A stretch of 64,000 nt of DNA, taken from the NCBI RefSeq assembly GCF_009914755.1, contig NC_060939.1; one strand, written 5' to 3'. Position numbers and translations under genes: made by a program. The notes under the pieces are model-generated. The model had not been told where the DNA came from. It saw only the letters and a program-made list of their open reading frames with translations, and did no database searches. This DNA comes from the human T2T-CHM13v2.0 reference genome, Homo sapiens. Below are positions 37,670-51,560 of the stretch, one piece after another (within the stretch, counting starts at the first letter, position 1; every line of letters begins with the position of its first letter).

Positions 37670-38325
37670 GTGCACATTATCTATGAAGTTTCTTGTCAAA
37701 AAGTGTCAAGGCTTAATCTAATCAAACTTCCACACCAAACTTCTAGCTGAAAGGGAATATAGGGATAGAGGAACAAGGTAAATTACACCACAAGGAAACA
37801 ACCAGAAAACTCAGAACATGTGATATTTTCTAAGGCAATTGTCTAGAACTTTTCCAAAAGCAAATTACTTTCTCTTCACCAAAAGAAGTACAGAGATTAT
37901 TTTAGATTAAAAATCATAATAATCAAAACTCAACTGGATACTGTTTCTAAAAGAGACAATTTCAGAAATCTTATGTGGACTACATACTACATGACACTGC
38001 AGAATTGTTGTTTTTCTAGGTGTGATAACGGTATTGTGGTTACATACAAGAATGTCCTTAGTGCTTAGAGGTGACGTCTCATGATGTATGCAACTTAACT
38101 TTCAAATAATTCAGCAATGTAAATAAATAATAAATACATATTTTAATATATATTTTACATATTCTATATACACATATATACATACATATGTGTACATACA
38201 CATAGAGAGCTATTATGTGTATAAAAGTGGGAACAATTATTCAATATAAGTGGAAAGTATATGTGTATACTTTATATTATTCCTTCAACTTTAAGTTTGA
38301 AATTTTTTATAATAAAATTTCAGGG
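37670..38325 (+). mobile_element. Ancient L1M (L1MC/ME-like) 3' fragment
   Basis: ggtgtgataacggtattgtggtta...tttaagtttgaaattttttataataaaa. Confidence 0.55.
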
Positions 38326-39689
38326 GAAAGAAATTCCTTTCAGGCCTACTTTTACTATGCAATGTTGCTTCTCCCATCTTATTTAAGCTACATGGCATTT
38401 TTAAAATGACACAATAAGGTTTGAATATACTTTCCAATCCATGCATTTATATAAAATACTGCACACAAGATTACCTATTTAACATGGTCTATACAGTGTT
38501 ATTAAAAGAATACAACCTTTTGGCAAAATTTACCAAACTGTATTATGCAAAATGTTTACCTTTAACAAACTGCTTCTGAGGTATGGCTTAATTGTAACTA
38601 AATGTTTTTAAAAAGCACTTTAGAAATAAACCATATAGGAAAAAAACAAAACCATTTCTACATTAGTATTTTCCCTGATTTTATTTTCTTTATTCCATAA
38701 ATGAAAAGTATTACCACTATGACTTAAATGTAAATGTCATTCAAAACTGCAGAAACAAGGTGATTTGTTGTACACCTTTTAATCTAACATGCAGACTAAG
38801 CAATTCACCAAAATCCAGGCCATAGTTCTGTGGGACCCAATTATGTGTGGCAGCAATTCAACTGCAGCAAATTGTTACCACATTTTATTCTGTTCCATGA
38901 TGAAGAAAACAGTTAGAAATCTTGTTCAGAGTAAAAGAATATCTCATTTTGAAATAATCATTTACCTGATATTATTTGTTCCTTCACTATAAATCCTACA
39001 AGTCATTACTGACTTTCATCTTCCTGTAAAGTTATCTCTACTTTTACTAGAAAAAAAAAGACTGGGAGAATCGGTAAAGTCAAATCATAGTTTGGGTGAC
39101 ATATTTACCATCAAGATAATAAAATCATACAGAATACTTTCATTCTTAATGGTCTGCAAATTCCACTTTAAAGAACCAGTTGGCTCTGATTCATTCCCTT
39201 TTAAAACAGCTTGTATGAAATGCCACGTTAAACCAAACACTGAAGTTTGACCACAGAGCATCAGCTATTAAACAGCAAGACAAAAACAATAATATTGTAT
39301 AACAATTTATTTGTTCTTTTATATTTTTTCAAAGCCATGAAGCATAAAATATTCTCTCCAATCCAAAAACAAGATTAGTAGCCCAAGAGGAAAGGGTCTT
39401 ATGATTAAATATAAAAATTGTCAGGGGCAACATATTCTTAAATTAACCTGTATATCATAAAAGTACCTTGTAATATTGTTTATTTTCCAAAAATAAGTTC
39501 CACAAAAGATGAATTAAGTTCATGAAGAATCCTAATAGAATGTTTTATCATTAAATAATTATTAGAAATGAGATTTTCAGTAGCAAGCCAATTTTAACAC
39601 TGAATATTGTGTACGTGGAGGGTGAAGGCATATGTTGGTAAAGAGGCAATAAAAATAAATTGATATAAAATATCAATCGATTGCAGTGC

Positions 39690-39930
39690 ACTAATATGAG
39701 GTACCCAGAGCAGTCAAATTCATAGACAGCAGTGCAATGATGGTTGCCAGGGATTTAGGGGAGGGAGGAATGGAGAGTTTTAGTTTGGGAACATGAAAAG
39801 GTTCTGGAGATGGATGGGGGTGACAAGGTGCACAACAATGTGAATGTACTTAATGCCACCAAACTGTACACAAAGAAGTGGTTAAAATGGTAAATTTTAT
39901 CTTATGTATACTTTAACACAATAAAAAGAA
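39690..39930 (+). mobile_element. L1MB-like 3' end
   Basis: gtcaaattcatagacag...ggttgccaggg...gttctggagatggatgg...aatgtgaatgtacttaatgccac. Confidence 0.75.
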
Positions 39931-39937
39931 AATTCTA

Positions 39938-40229
39938 GCTGGCACAGTGGCTCATGCCTATACCCCCAGCACTTTGGGAGGACGAGGCAGGTGGATCGCT
40001 TCAGCCCAGGAGTTCAAGACCAGCTTAGGCAACACAGCAAAACCCCATCTTTACAAAAAATACACAAAAATGTAGCTGGGTGTGATGGTAGGCGCCTGTA
40101 CTCCCAGCTACTCAAGAGGCTGAGGTGTGAGGATCGCTTGCCGTAGTGAGCCGCGATCACACCACTGCTCTCAAGCCTGGGCAACAGAGTGACACCCTGT
40201 ATCAAAAAAGAAAGAAAGAAAGAAAGAAA
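39938..40229 (+). mobile_element. Alu (AluJ-like) with a small right-arm deletion and (AAAG)n tail
   Basis: ggatcgcttcagcccaggagttcaagacc (J-type); right arm jumps from gaggatcgcttg to ccgtagtgagccg. Confidence 0.9.
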
Positions 40230-40329
40230 TTCCACAACCTAAAATTAAATTAAACACTTTGACTTCAATGCTTTACAGTTGTAAAGGCCTACATTTTACA
40301 ACTGTAAAACAGAATCATGGGTTTCCTTA

Positions 40330-41145
40330 ATGCATTCGACAAATACTTATTGAGCCACAACCCTGTATCAGTGAATAGCACAACATAAAACCTCTGTTCA
40401 CATGGAGTTTGCAATCTTGTGGAGGAGGTAGTGAATAAATAGATCAACACATTAAAATAGTTTTAGATTTGAGGTTGTAATTTAGTTACAAATGAAACAA
40501 GCATGCTGCTGTCATAGAGAATAATTGGGTACACCTGCCTTGGTAAAAGTTATCAGAAAAGACTTCTTTGAGGAGGTGACATTTAAACTGAGGCCTAAAG
40601 GATGAGCACAAGCCAGCTGTGCAACATCTAAGCGCTTTCTAAGTATGGGAGACAGCAAGAACAGTGGCTCTGGGCTGGCAGATAGCCTGGCTTCTCTAGG
40701 ATTAAAAGAAAGCCGCTGTGACCAGAGCTTTGAGTGCAAAGGGGAAGGGGCATGCCATGAGGTTGGATCCTTTGGCAGGGGCTGGATTATGCAGGACATC
40801 TCGGGATATGATGAGGAGTCTGGATCTGGCTCAAAGCTCAATAAAAAGCCACTGAAAATAAAAGCCACTGTTATTTGAGAAGTGTGCTCCTTTAAGGGCT
40901 CAGGAGTTGAAATGGAAAGGGTTTCAGGGAGGCTACTGAAGGATTTGAGGTGAAAGTTGGCGAGAGTGGTGGCATAGAAAGGGTGGAAGGCCAGCAGGTA
41001 GGGGACGTCCTTGGGCCAAAGAACCAACAGCACGTGTGGATGGATCAGATGGGAAGCGTGAGGGAAACCGGAAGGCTCCCGGGCTTCTGGCTTCCATCAC
41101 TGAATAAATGGTCATTTGCTGAAACGGGGAAACTAGGGAAGATTA
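40330..41145 (-). mobile_element. L2 LINE fragment
   Basis: cattcgacaaatacttattgag, gaggaggtgacatttaaactgag, ggcttctggctt...tggtcatttgctga. Confidence 0.65.
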
Positions 41146-41912
41146 GGCTGTAAATACTAATAATCCGTTAACAAGTTCTTCCCATTCTCACAATAAGGTA
41201 CCTGGTGTAGAACAGGTAACTTGAATTAGTGAGGCTGTCCCTAAATAAAATCATATTATCTGTAAATCTTAATGCTATCAAAATGAACAAAAACAAAACC
41301 TGTGTATAATGTAATTATACCCTGACTTGTGTGTTTTTGCTTTTTTATAAATTTCTTTTCCTTCCCTTCCTTTTTGTGAGCAAGCATTTACTCCTATCAT
41401 ATTCAGACATTTATGTATAAACATTAGGGTTGAGATTCTTACTTCAAACACACTTGGTGAATTTTCACAGAAAACCAAGTATGAAGTACCCACGGCCCAG
41501 ACCAACAATATGTGATGGAATCCTGGCGTGGTGGGTGGGATTTCCTCCAGAGGAACTCCACTGCCCCTTTCGTAAATGACAGGGCATGGGAATCCAAGAC
41601 CACTAGCTTTAGCTGCCAGCCCTGAGTTCATTCTACAGGAAATGGAGACACACCACATTCACATTCCATGATAGCATCAATTCTGAGAGATCTGGTGGAA
41701 AACTTAAAGCAGGGACAAAAGTTCAGCCATTATTAACCACAGCTGAGAAATGCCTTCTATAAATATGAACTTTCTGTAATATCAAGACAGATAAACGGCA
41801 GGGAGATGGTTTTGATACATTGGTTGGCAAATGTTATTTCTAGAATTGGCTTTTTATCAAATATCCATGTGCTAATAGATATGTGGTATATAGGTTGTTT
41901 GTATATCTTCTC

Positions 41913-41917
<5 letters not shown>

Positions 41918-41963
<46 letters not shown>
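41918..41963 (+). repeat. (CA)23 microsatellite
   Basis: Uninterrupted run. Confidence 0.95.
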
Positions 41964-41965
<2 letters not shown>

Positions 41966-44779
41966 CACAGAAGCATGCTAACATACTATCAAGGTGGCCC
42001 TCCTCTTCTCAGAACTTTTCTTTGGAAGAAAATGTCTGATGAATGAAAAATTCCTGAGACTGTTTCCAGCTCAGAGTCTGGCACTGAACTCAGCTGAAGA
42101 AAGACAAGTTGGAAGAAAGTACAAGCATTACTCAGAACACGTGAGTGAACCGTGCAAAAGACAGGCATGGGAGCTGAGGGGGTGGGAGAGGCAGCAGCAC
42201 CAAAACCCGATTATGTAGATTTAATTCATCAACAAGAGAAGATTCCTGACAAAAATCAGTACGTGCTCAGATATCAAATACAACAGATGATCCATATTCT
42301 TAGACACCAACAACTAAGGCAGCAGACCCTAGAACTGAGTTTTCACTGTTATTTTATGGTCGTCCATTTTTCAGACCTGCTAAGTGGAGTGAGAACACAT
42401 CACTAATGGGACAATCACATGGGGTCTCTTGGCAGCTCCACTGGAAACATACAGATTTCGATATTCTGGGCCACTGGTGAGTGACAACTGTTTTATGGCA
42501 CAGACTAGCAATTATGCAAATATTCATCCTGCTCTTTGGAATTAATAGTTATTTCCCAGACACCCCAGGTACACATGATGTGAAGAGTTAAATCTTAATA
42601 CTATCCCATGGGCAGATAGGCCACTCTAGTTCTAGCTAAGTGTTGCCCAGTGGAGCCAGTGGCAGAATAGTATATGCCTTAGAAACTTCCATTCTATAGA
42701 ACTAGAAAAAAGATTTAAAGTTGCTCCTGAGACTATAAGTCCTACAACTACTAAATCATGTACTGTCTGAACACTGACAGGGCACTGTGTTACTCTGTTC
42801 CCTCTTACCACTTACTAGAGATTTACATCAGCTTGGCCAGACACTGGGGTTTCATCTAAGGCAGCTAGTTAGATACGTTCGGAAAGTGTATATGGTTAGA
42901 AAATAATAAGAGACAGCATTAAAAGTGGTTTAAAATGCCCCAAGAGGGAAGCCAAACACCACAATTTTCTCCAACTGTGGAAGAAAAAACAACTTGAGCC
43001 AGATTTTAGCTCTCTGGATGTATTAACAGGTCTATGTTTTATTCCCTTGGATATTTATGAAGCATGTTAACAATAATTAAAATGGAATTTTCCAAACCTT
43101 TAAGGGTAAAAGTTAGGAATAGAATATCAATGACCTTGGAAAGTGTTATAATTTAAAATACATCATATTCGCCATCCTGGGATTTCACTACTAATATTTA
43201 AAATTCACAACTCCTGCACAAAGCAAGTGTTCTTAGGAACTATGCTCATGCAAATGCTTTCTATTCAAATGTATTTTCAAATTTCTGCAGTAGTTGTACG
43301 GCTAAAAGTTAGTGCTGCTGGTCTATGGGCATTCAGATTTCTCTAGTTATGGGTTCTTAACTTGAAGACCACAATTGGGACTTGGTAGGTCTAAAGGTGC
43401 CCTGAAACTATACATAAATCACATCTGCAAGTTCGATGAATCTGAACACAATTAAGTGAGCAATCACATAGTCTCTTCCAGAAATCTGGAATTGGGATTG
43501 ACGAGCACTGGTGTTCACCTCTGCAGCTGGCTAGACCTCAGGTGACTTACCTTGGGAGCAGGGAGGCGGCATGTACATGATGCACAGAGCAGTCCACCTG
43601 CATGGGGCAGGGATAGAGACCAGCTGGCTCCAGAAAGAGTTGGAGAGAGCATTTGGTTTTTGCTTCCAGCCCTGGGTAAAGCCCTGCTATAGTACCTGCC
43701 CTTGGGTTTCTTATAACCTGGGATTTCCTTACAGTAAATCCCCTCTTCTGCTTAAGCTAGTTCCATTACTTGCAACCAATGCACTTGGACTCAATACAGT
43801 GCCTTCATTTATTCCTTTTTGGAAGAAGAACGTGTTCTTTCATCAAATTCTTAAAAGTGTCCATGGCTCAGAAAAGGTAATAATCCCCTGCACTATTTAA
43901 AAAGAAGTAACTAATAAGAATTTGGCATTACTTAGATAACTTACTCTGATTTACTAGAGTTTTATATGTTCATTCTCAAAGAAAAGAAAAAAAAAAACTC
44001 TCCTAGTTAGTGACACAAGCACAGACAAAAAAACGACTCCAGTTCTCCCCTTCCTTTACTTGTAATTCCAAAGGGAGCCACATAGAAACATAAACCTGCA
44101 TGAAAGTCATCACTGCCCTCTATAAATTGATAGCTAACTTTTAGTAACACATACCGTCCTGGTTAGTTTTCCCCAAACGGCAGCAGGCATTTGTGGATAA
44201 TGTTACCTTGCCCATTTAGGCAGAACACAGTGCAGGGCTAGAACCTAAAGACAATAAGCCTAAAAGTGAGGAGGCCTGCACGCCAGTCTCAGCTCAGCAA
44301 CTAATTTGCTGTTCGTCTCGAGTTAGACACATCACTCTCTGATGGCATTCAAGTGGTCAAATCATGAACCATTCAGACGCCCTCGTGGCCTTTCAGCTGG
44401 CCTGAGCCAGGATGGCTTCAGCTAGGTTAGGAAGAGAAGGTTGTTTCCATAGTGCAGGAAGGGCAGAGCGTGTAGAAAGATGTCTGATAGAAGCTTGTTT
44501 TGCCATTAGACTTGCTCCTCCCACACTTCTTATTTTGGGAAAGGGCATCACCACAGCCCACATCACAGGGCCACAGACTCAGGGCAGCGGGGATTACAGA
44601 GTATCCCTCACACCCCCACCTAATCACCCGCAAACTTTGTCAAATTTACCACCTCAACAGCTTCTTTATTGCCCCTCCTCTGAAATTCAATTGCTACTGC
44701 TTTAGTGTAGACCCTCATTTCCCTTTGCCCTGCTGGAGTGAACCTAACTTCAGTTAGACCCTAAAACGCTCTGTGAAAT

Positions 44780-45181
44780 GCTCCCTACTTGGCTTCCTCT
44801 CTGGCCTCTTCCCTAAATGCCTTCCCCCTCCATTGACACTGAGTGAACTGCAGTTCCTCAACTCACGGTGCTGTTTCTCTTCCACACGTCTTTGCAAATG
44901 CCATCTCCTCTACCTGGAATGCCTTTCCTCTCCCTATTTTTCCACCAAATTCCTCCACTTGGAAGTCTCCCCTGACGACTTACTCCTTCCCTCCTCTGTG
45001 GCACTAACCAAACTCCATGGTAAACTCTCACTTATATGATTGTCTTTCATCAGATTGTGAGCCTTAAGGATACATATTTTGTCTCTTTAAACTTTGCATC
45101 TCCATGGCCTAGAATATCCCCATGGGCCCATAATAAGCACTCAAGTATTTATGAATGAATGAATGAATGAATGAATGAATG
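44780..45181 (+). mobile_element. L2 3' end with (ATGA)n tail
   Basis: agattgtgagcctt...taataagcactcaagtattt followed by (atga)7. Confidence 0.7.
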
Positions 45182-45695
45182 GAGGATGCAAAATGACATA
45201 TCTTTAAGTTAGTCTAAATCCTTAATCTTTTGAACTATTCATTCCCTTTGCTCAAGATGTAATTAACTACTTATAATTCCGTGAATCTATCATGCTTGAT
45301 TTGAATTCTGGAATGCTGATTATCAATGTGGCAGTGAATAAAGTTACCCTTTGAGTCAGTTTTCTCTGCTTCCTGGGGTTGTATGAGTAGTAAATAAGTA
45401 TACAAAATACCTACCATAGTCCCTGGTCCTTCTATTTTTCCTCTCCTCCCACACATACCATGGGTACACATAACCAATACATCCCGCTATTCTTAGAAAC
45501 AAATGACGTCAATGACCCACAATCTGCAAGACACACCTTTTAATCCATTCTGAAGAGCTAAGAGATTTGTTCTAAGTTATCTCTACTCCCTTGCCTGGCC
45601 TTTTGTTAAAAACAACAGTTGAATTTGCAATATAGAGCAAAGATAAAGGTGACATGCAGATCAAGTCCAAGCCTGGATTCATGAAGACCTTGTTC

Positions 45696-46757
<1,062 letters not shown>

Positions 46758-46906
46758 TGATGACATTTTTGAGCAGTGGAATCACCACCAGCTACCATAT
46801 ACCTCCAAATTCATTCCTGACATAAGAAAAATTAACCCCTATTTGTTTAAGTCACTGTGGTTGGGTTTTGCATCATTTGCATCCAAACTCATTTCTAACT
46901 GAGACA
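46758..46906 (+). mobile_element. MLT1-type LTR 3' end (interrupted by the Alu)
   Basis: ttgtttaagtcactgtggttgggttttg...ctcatttctaactgagaca. Confidence 0.5.
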
Positions 46907-48079
46907 CCAAGTCCACAAATTATGTTGTCATTTGACATATATATGAGTGAATAATCCAAGCATAAGATACTACATTTCTGGAATTTTTATGTAGCTTGTA
47001 TTTTAAAAATTAAGAGCAAAGAGATTGAGCAAAGTAGGTCAAGTGCATAACCAAATTTTACCCAAATGCAAATGAGAATTCCAGATATTCCTTCCTAAGC
47101 TCATATTCCCCAAATCAACTTAATTTTTCTTCCTCGAAACCTAGTAAGATATCTAATGTTGAGACATGACTCAACTCTGATCATCTCCGTTAATCCACTG
47201 TTCTCTGATGTACACATATTTTTCCAATTAAATCAAATAAATGGTCATATGCATCATTACCATCATAAGATTACTGCCAGTTCTCACTTGTAAGATACGT
47301 TCTATTTTTTAAATAAGCTCACTAATATCTCTGTTAGATGACCCTCTTTCTCTATTCTATTTTTTAAATAATTGAGATATTTTGAATGTGATATGCCCTA
47401 TATACTACCGTCAATTGAAAGTAAAGACCACCATCCCCTCCCCTCAGTTCCCAAATGTTACATATTTGATTGCTTACCATAACAATCATAAAAATATAAA
47501 CAGAGTGGACACATGGAAATAATGGAATTTTGGAGTTATTCCCAAACAGTGGCCAATTTCAAACAATACGTCAATAAGAATGGATTGAAAAGAAAGCAAA
47601 GAACTATGTAAATGCCTAGGTAGGTTCCCGGGAGACAGTAAAAGGTAAGTATTGCATTCACAGTGACATTCAACCTTTAAATAGGGTAACGGTACTGACA
47701 CTTTATGCAAATGCAGATGGCTTATGAAACAATAAAAATGAAGTCGCAGCTTTATAGTCTATTGTTTTGGCTCAGGGAACGGGAGAATCAAGGGTAGTAA
47801 ATGAACTTATATAATACTTCTCACTCCTTTCTCTCTACTCTGTGAGTGTGAGATGAGCCATTTTTTTTTTCCAGATGTTATTGTTAATTTCAAAAGATTC
47901 ATCCAGACCTTGGAAAGTCTTCTAATGACAAGTCTGATTTGAGAGAAATGTTGAGCCCTTTAATACAGGAAATTCCATAATTATGAGCTGGTTGTGCTTC
48001 AGTCGTTTATGTATAAGATGAGCACTGGAATCTCCTATTTTAGAATTGGAAGGAAACTTATAGAAGAAGAAAAAGAAAA

Positions 48080-48305
48080 TGAGCATTTATGGAGCATGGT
48101 GCTGGCTACAAGGGAGACATGCTGTCTCACTTAATTCTCACAACAATTCTCTGAGGAAGACTTTTGCTTCATTTTATAAAGAAGGAAACTGAGGCTCAAA
48201 GTAAAGTTAAGAAATTTGCCCAAGGTTCTACAAACAGTAAGTGGCAGAATGAGAATTCAGCTTTTGGTGTTTCTGATTCTAAAAGCTGTGCTTTCCCCAC
48301 TACTT
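48080..48305 (-). mobile_element. MIR
   Basis: cattttataaagaaggaaactgaggctca...ttgcccaaggt...agtaagtggcaga. Confidence 0.75.
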
Positions 48306-51300
48306 TGCCTTCCTCAAAATGACGGTACAATGTACACAAGGGTAAATCAAAACACAGAGCGGCAAAGTTATTTTCTCAATGTCACAGAACAAATTAGTGG
48401 CAGATGGAACGACAATCTACATCTTTCAAATCCCAGATCAGGCCCTGTTGGTTACTTCATGCCTCCCCTTTGGCCTCATTTTTGCCCTCTTGCTCCCCAG
48501 GATTAAATCACAGCAGTCGAGATTGAAGCAACGTTCAAATCAGTTTCAGGACCTTGTTCTCATACTCCTAAATCTTGAGCTAACAAAGCCTTCAGTGCAG
48601 TGTTGGAGTGTTGTTTGCAAGAAATGAAAATTATCCCAATTTTGTTTTTGTAAATATATTCACTGTAAACCATGGTAACACAGAAGCAATGTTGGTGTCA
48701 GCTAAAAAAATATATGTAATAAAATCTATGATAGAGGTTACCTCCCTGTGGAGAAGCAGGAAAGAGATGGTACGGGGAATCCTAAATGGGTATCAGTCAT
48801 ATTTTACTGCTTAGGTTGGGCAGTATTCATTTTTAAAATAGGTTTGTAACTAACACATACATGACATATACTCTGTAAATGTGTCATATAGTGAATTGAA
48901 AAAGTATGACAAATAGAAAAGGTAAGCTACATACACACATACACATTATATCTGCAAACTGAAATGGAAGTGTCTTATATACCTATGTGACCATGGGCAA
49001 ATTATTTACTTTCTGATCCACAGTTTTCTTAATTATAAATAGGGATGATAATAGGGTGTTTGTAAACACTATACAAGAGAAATATTTAAGATATTTAATT
49101 TTCTGTCTGATTGTAACTCTTTCTATTCTATGACAATGATATTTTCAATAGAAAAAACCTTTATACCCAACATGCATCATTTAATTGGTTTCTTCAACGT
49201 GAGACAGAATAAGCCATTATTTGTACACTATAGAAATGTAAGGGCATGTTAAGATGTTATGCAGTATGTTCTATTTAAACATGGCATGCAGTGATGATGT
49301 GTAAATCTCACATACTGTTCCTTCACATCTTGTTCCCTTCCTTGTCCCTTTCCTGTGTTTTCTTCTTGATCCAAGGCTAAACTGTCCCAGCCCTGAAAAT
49401 CTGTGCTCGGTTAAAAACTGTCATGTTAATCCCAGCTGCTCATTATCGAGGACTGTGCACAACCCCCTTTCGCCCAGCATGAGCTTCTAACGCTCTGATT
49501 CACCTCCGCAGAGTCACCCCACTCCACGTCTATAAACAGAGCAGAAATCTGTGGAGACTATTTGGCATTGTCTGTATTACCCAAGAACATGTCTGGTTGT
49601 CTCGCCCTTGACCCTGCCTTTAAAAGCCTTCTTATCCTTCAAGACCAAACTTAAACACTGCATTTTGGGAAAAGCCTGTCCAGCTTCATATATCAAAATG
49701 AACATCTTCATCTTCTGAGCTCCTATGGTGTATTGCTGTACATTGACTATTTGCCAGTCATACCATTTGGCCATGGTCCAAAGAGAAGCATATAGGTTAT
49801 AACCTACCAAATGGTAGGTTCCTTAGGAGGAGAGAGTCTTGTTTATCTCTGAACTCTTATCTTCTATCCCCAACTTCCTGGAATAGAAGACACTCAATAT
49901 ATCTTTCTTAAACCAAACTGTTAACTAGGTATAAAAATTGCTCTTGCTTCCCCTGGGCCACACAACTACACACATTCCTTAGATGAGCTCATGTGAAGTT
50001 AATTAGACAAGTTAATTAATTCTCCAACTCAGCAGGTTATCAGAACTGAATGTACCCAACTCATCTAAATGCAAAGATAATAAATAGGCTTTTGCCTTCT
50101 ACATTTCTAATGGGGGTTTCTGAAAGAAACTTTCCACTAGCTCTATAACTCTAATGTCTCCCAAATAGAAGACTCTATGCTAAAAGGCCTTTCCAAAGTA
50201 GTAATATACCTAACCTCCACAAATACCTTTTATCTCAAAGACAATTTTTCTCTACACCATCCCAGGGGAAAATGCAACATCTATGATTTTAATTTTTTAC
50301 CCTCATAGATCACATCCATGCACAATTCAACTACTTAATGGGGTAAGGCTGTAGGTGAGTGCAACAAACCTCACGAACCTCAAAGGTTAGTGACTGTCTA
50401 TACCACTGGAATCCTGGTAAAGTTTTGGAAGAGCCTTCATGACTCACCTTCAATTTCCATCCACTCCCAGGATGAAACTACCACAAAATAGTTGTTGGAA
50501 AGAAGGATTTAAGAACCAAGCTTCAACCATGGCAGATTCGAAATCCAGCCAATGCCAGCCAAATATGAGCTCGAAAGCATTCATAAGAAGAGGCTAAGGT
50601 TTACAAAACAATCCTTTTTGATGAGTTAAGTACAAGTGAATCAGAACCACATGGGTTAAATTCCCCTTGAAATACCCACGGATTTAGAATTAAGTGGAAA
50701 AGTGCTTGGCACAGCATAAATTCCAGGCATCTGAAATGCAGTTAGAAATCATTTTCTTTGAAACCTAACAAAAAGGGTTCCCTGAGATCTCCTGCACAAA
50801 ACGCCAGGTATTCTTACAGCAATGGCAGCTACTCCTCATAGTGAACATAGTGCCAGAGTTGAATTCAGGCTGTGGACACAGAAAGTTCTGACCTAAATTC
50901 CAACCCTGCCCATTCTTAGCCCTGTGTCATTGTTTAATCTCAGTAAGCCTCAATCCCCTCACGTGTCAAGCGGAGAGAATTTAAGGTTGTTAAGATTTGG
51001 GTGAAATATTATATGTGAAATACCTGTAATTGTCTCAAGCACATATTTTTTATCAGTGATATTTTTAAAAGCATCACCCAGTGAGTTGCTAAAAATAGAG
51101 TGATTTAATTCAAGAAAAAGCTTCTTAAAGTAACGCGAAACATCCTGAATCACCTGGCCCACTTACAGACTTTTCGAATGCCCTTCTTTGTAGTGAACTG
51201 TGCAGGTGAAGGAAGGTCTTTTTGGTACCTGAACCCAAGATTGAGAGGGGAGTTGAGTGCACACTACAAAACAATATAGAGATGGCCCCTGTTTTGTGTA

Positions 51301-51384
51301 AAAAGGCAGTGCAGTAGATGAAAAGAAAAGCACTTAGAACCCAAATCTCTATTCATTCAAGAATTTGGTAACCTATGTGAATTC

Positions 51385-51560
51385 CTGACTTTGAGGATCA
51401 GAAAGGTTTTTAGAGAACAGCTCGTCACTTCATAGATGAAAAAAACTGAGATTGGGGTGGTGCAATGATTTGCCCAAGGTCACACAGCCACTGAAAAGCA
51501 AACCAGCACTAGGACTCAAGTTTCCTCCTGGTCTAGTACTATTTTCACTAAATCATGTTA
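51385..51560 (-). mobile_element. MIR
   Basis: atagatgaaaaaaactgag...gatttgcccaaggtcacacagc. Confidence 0.65.
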
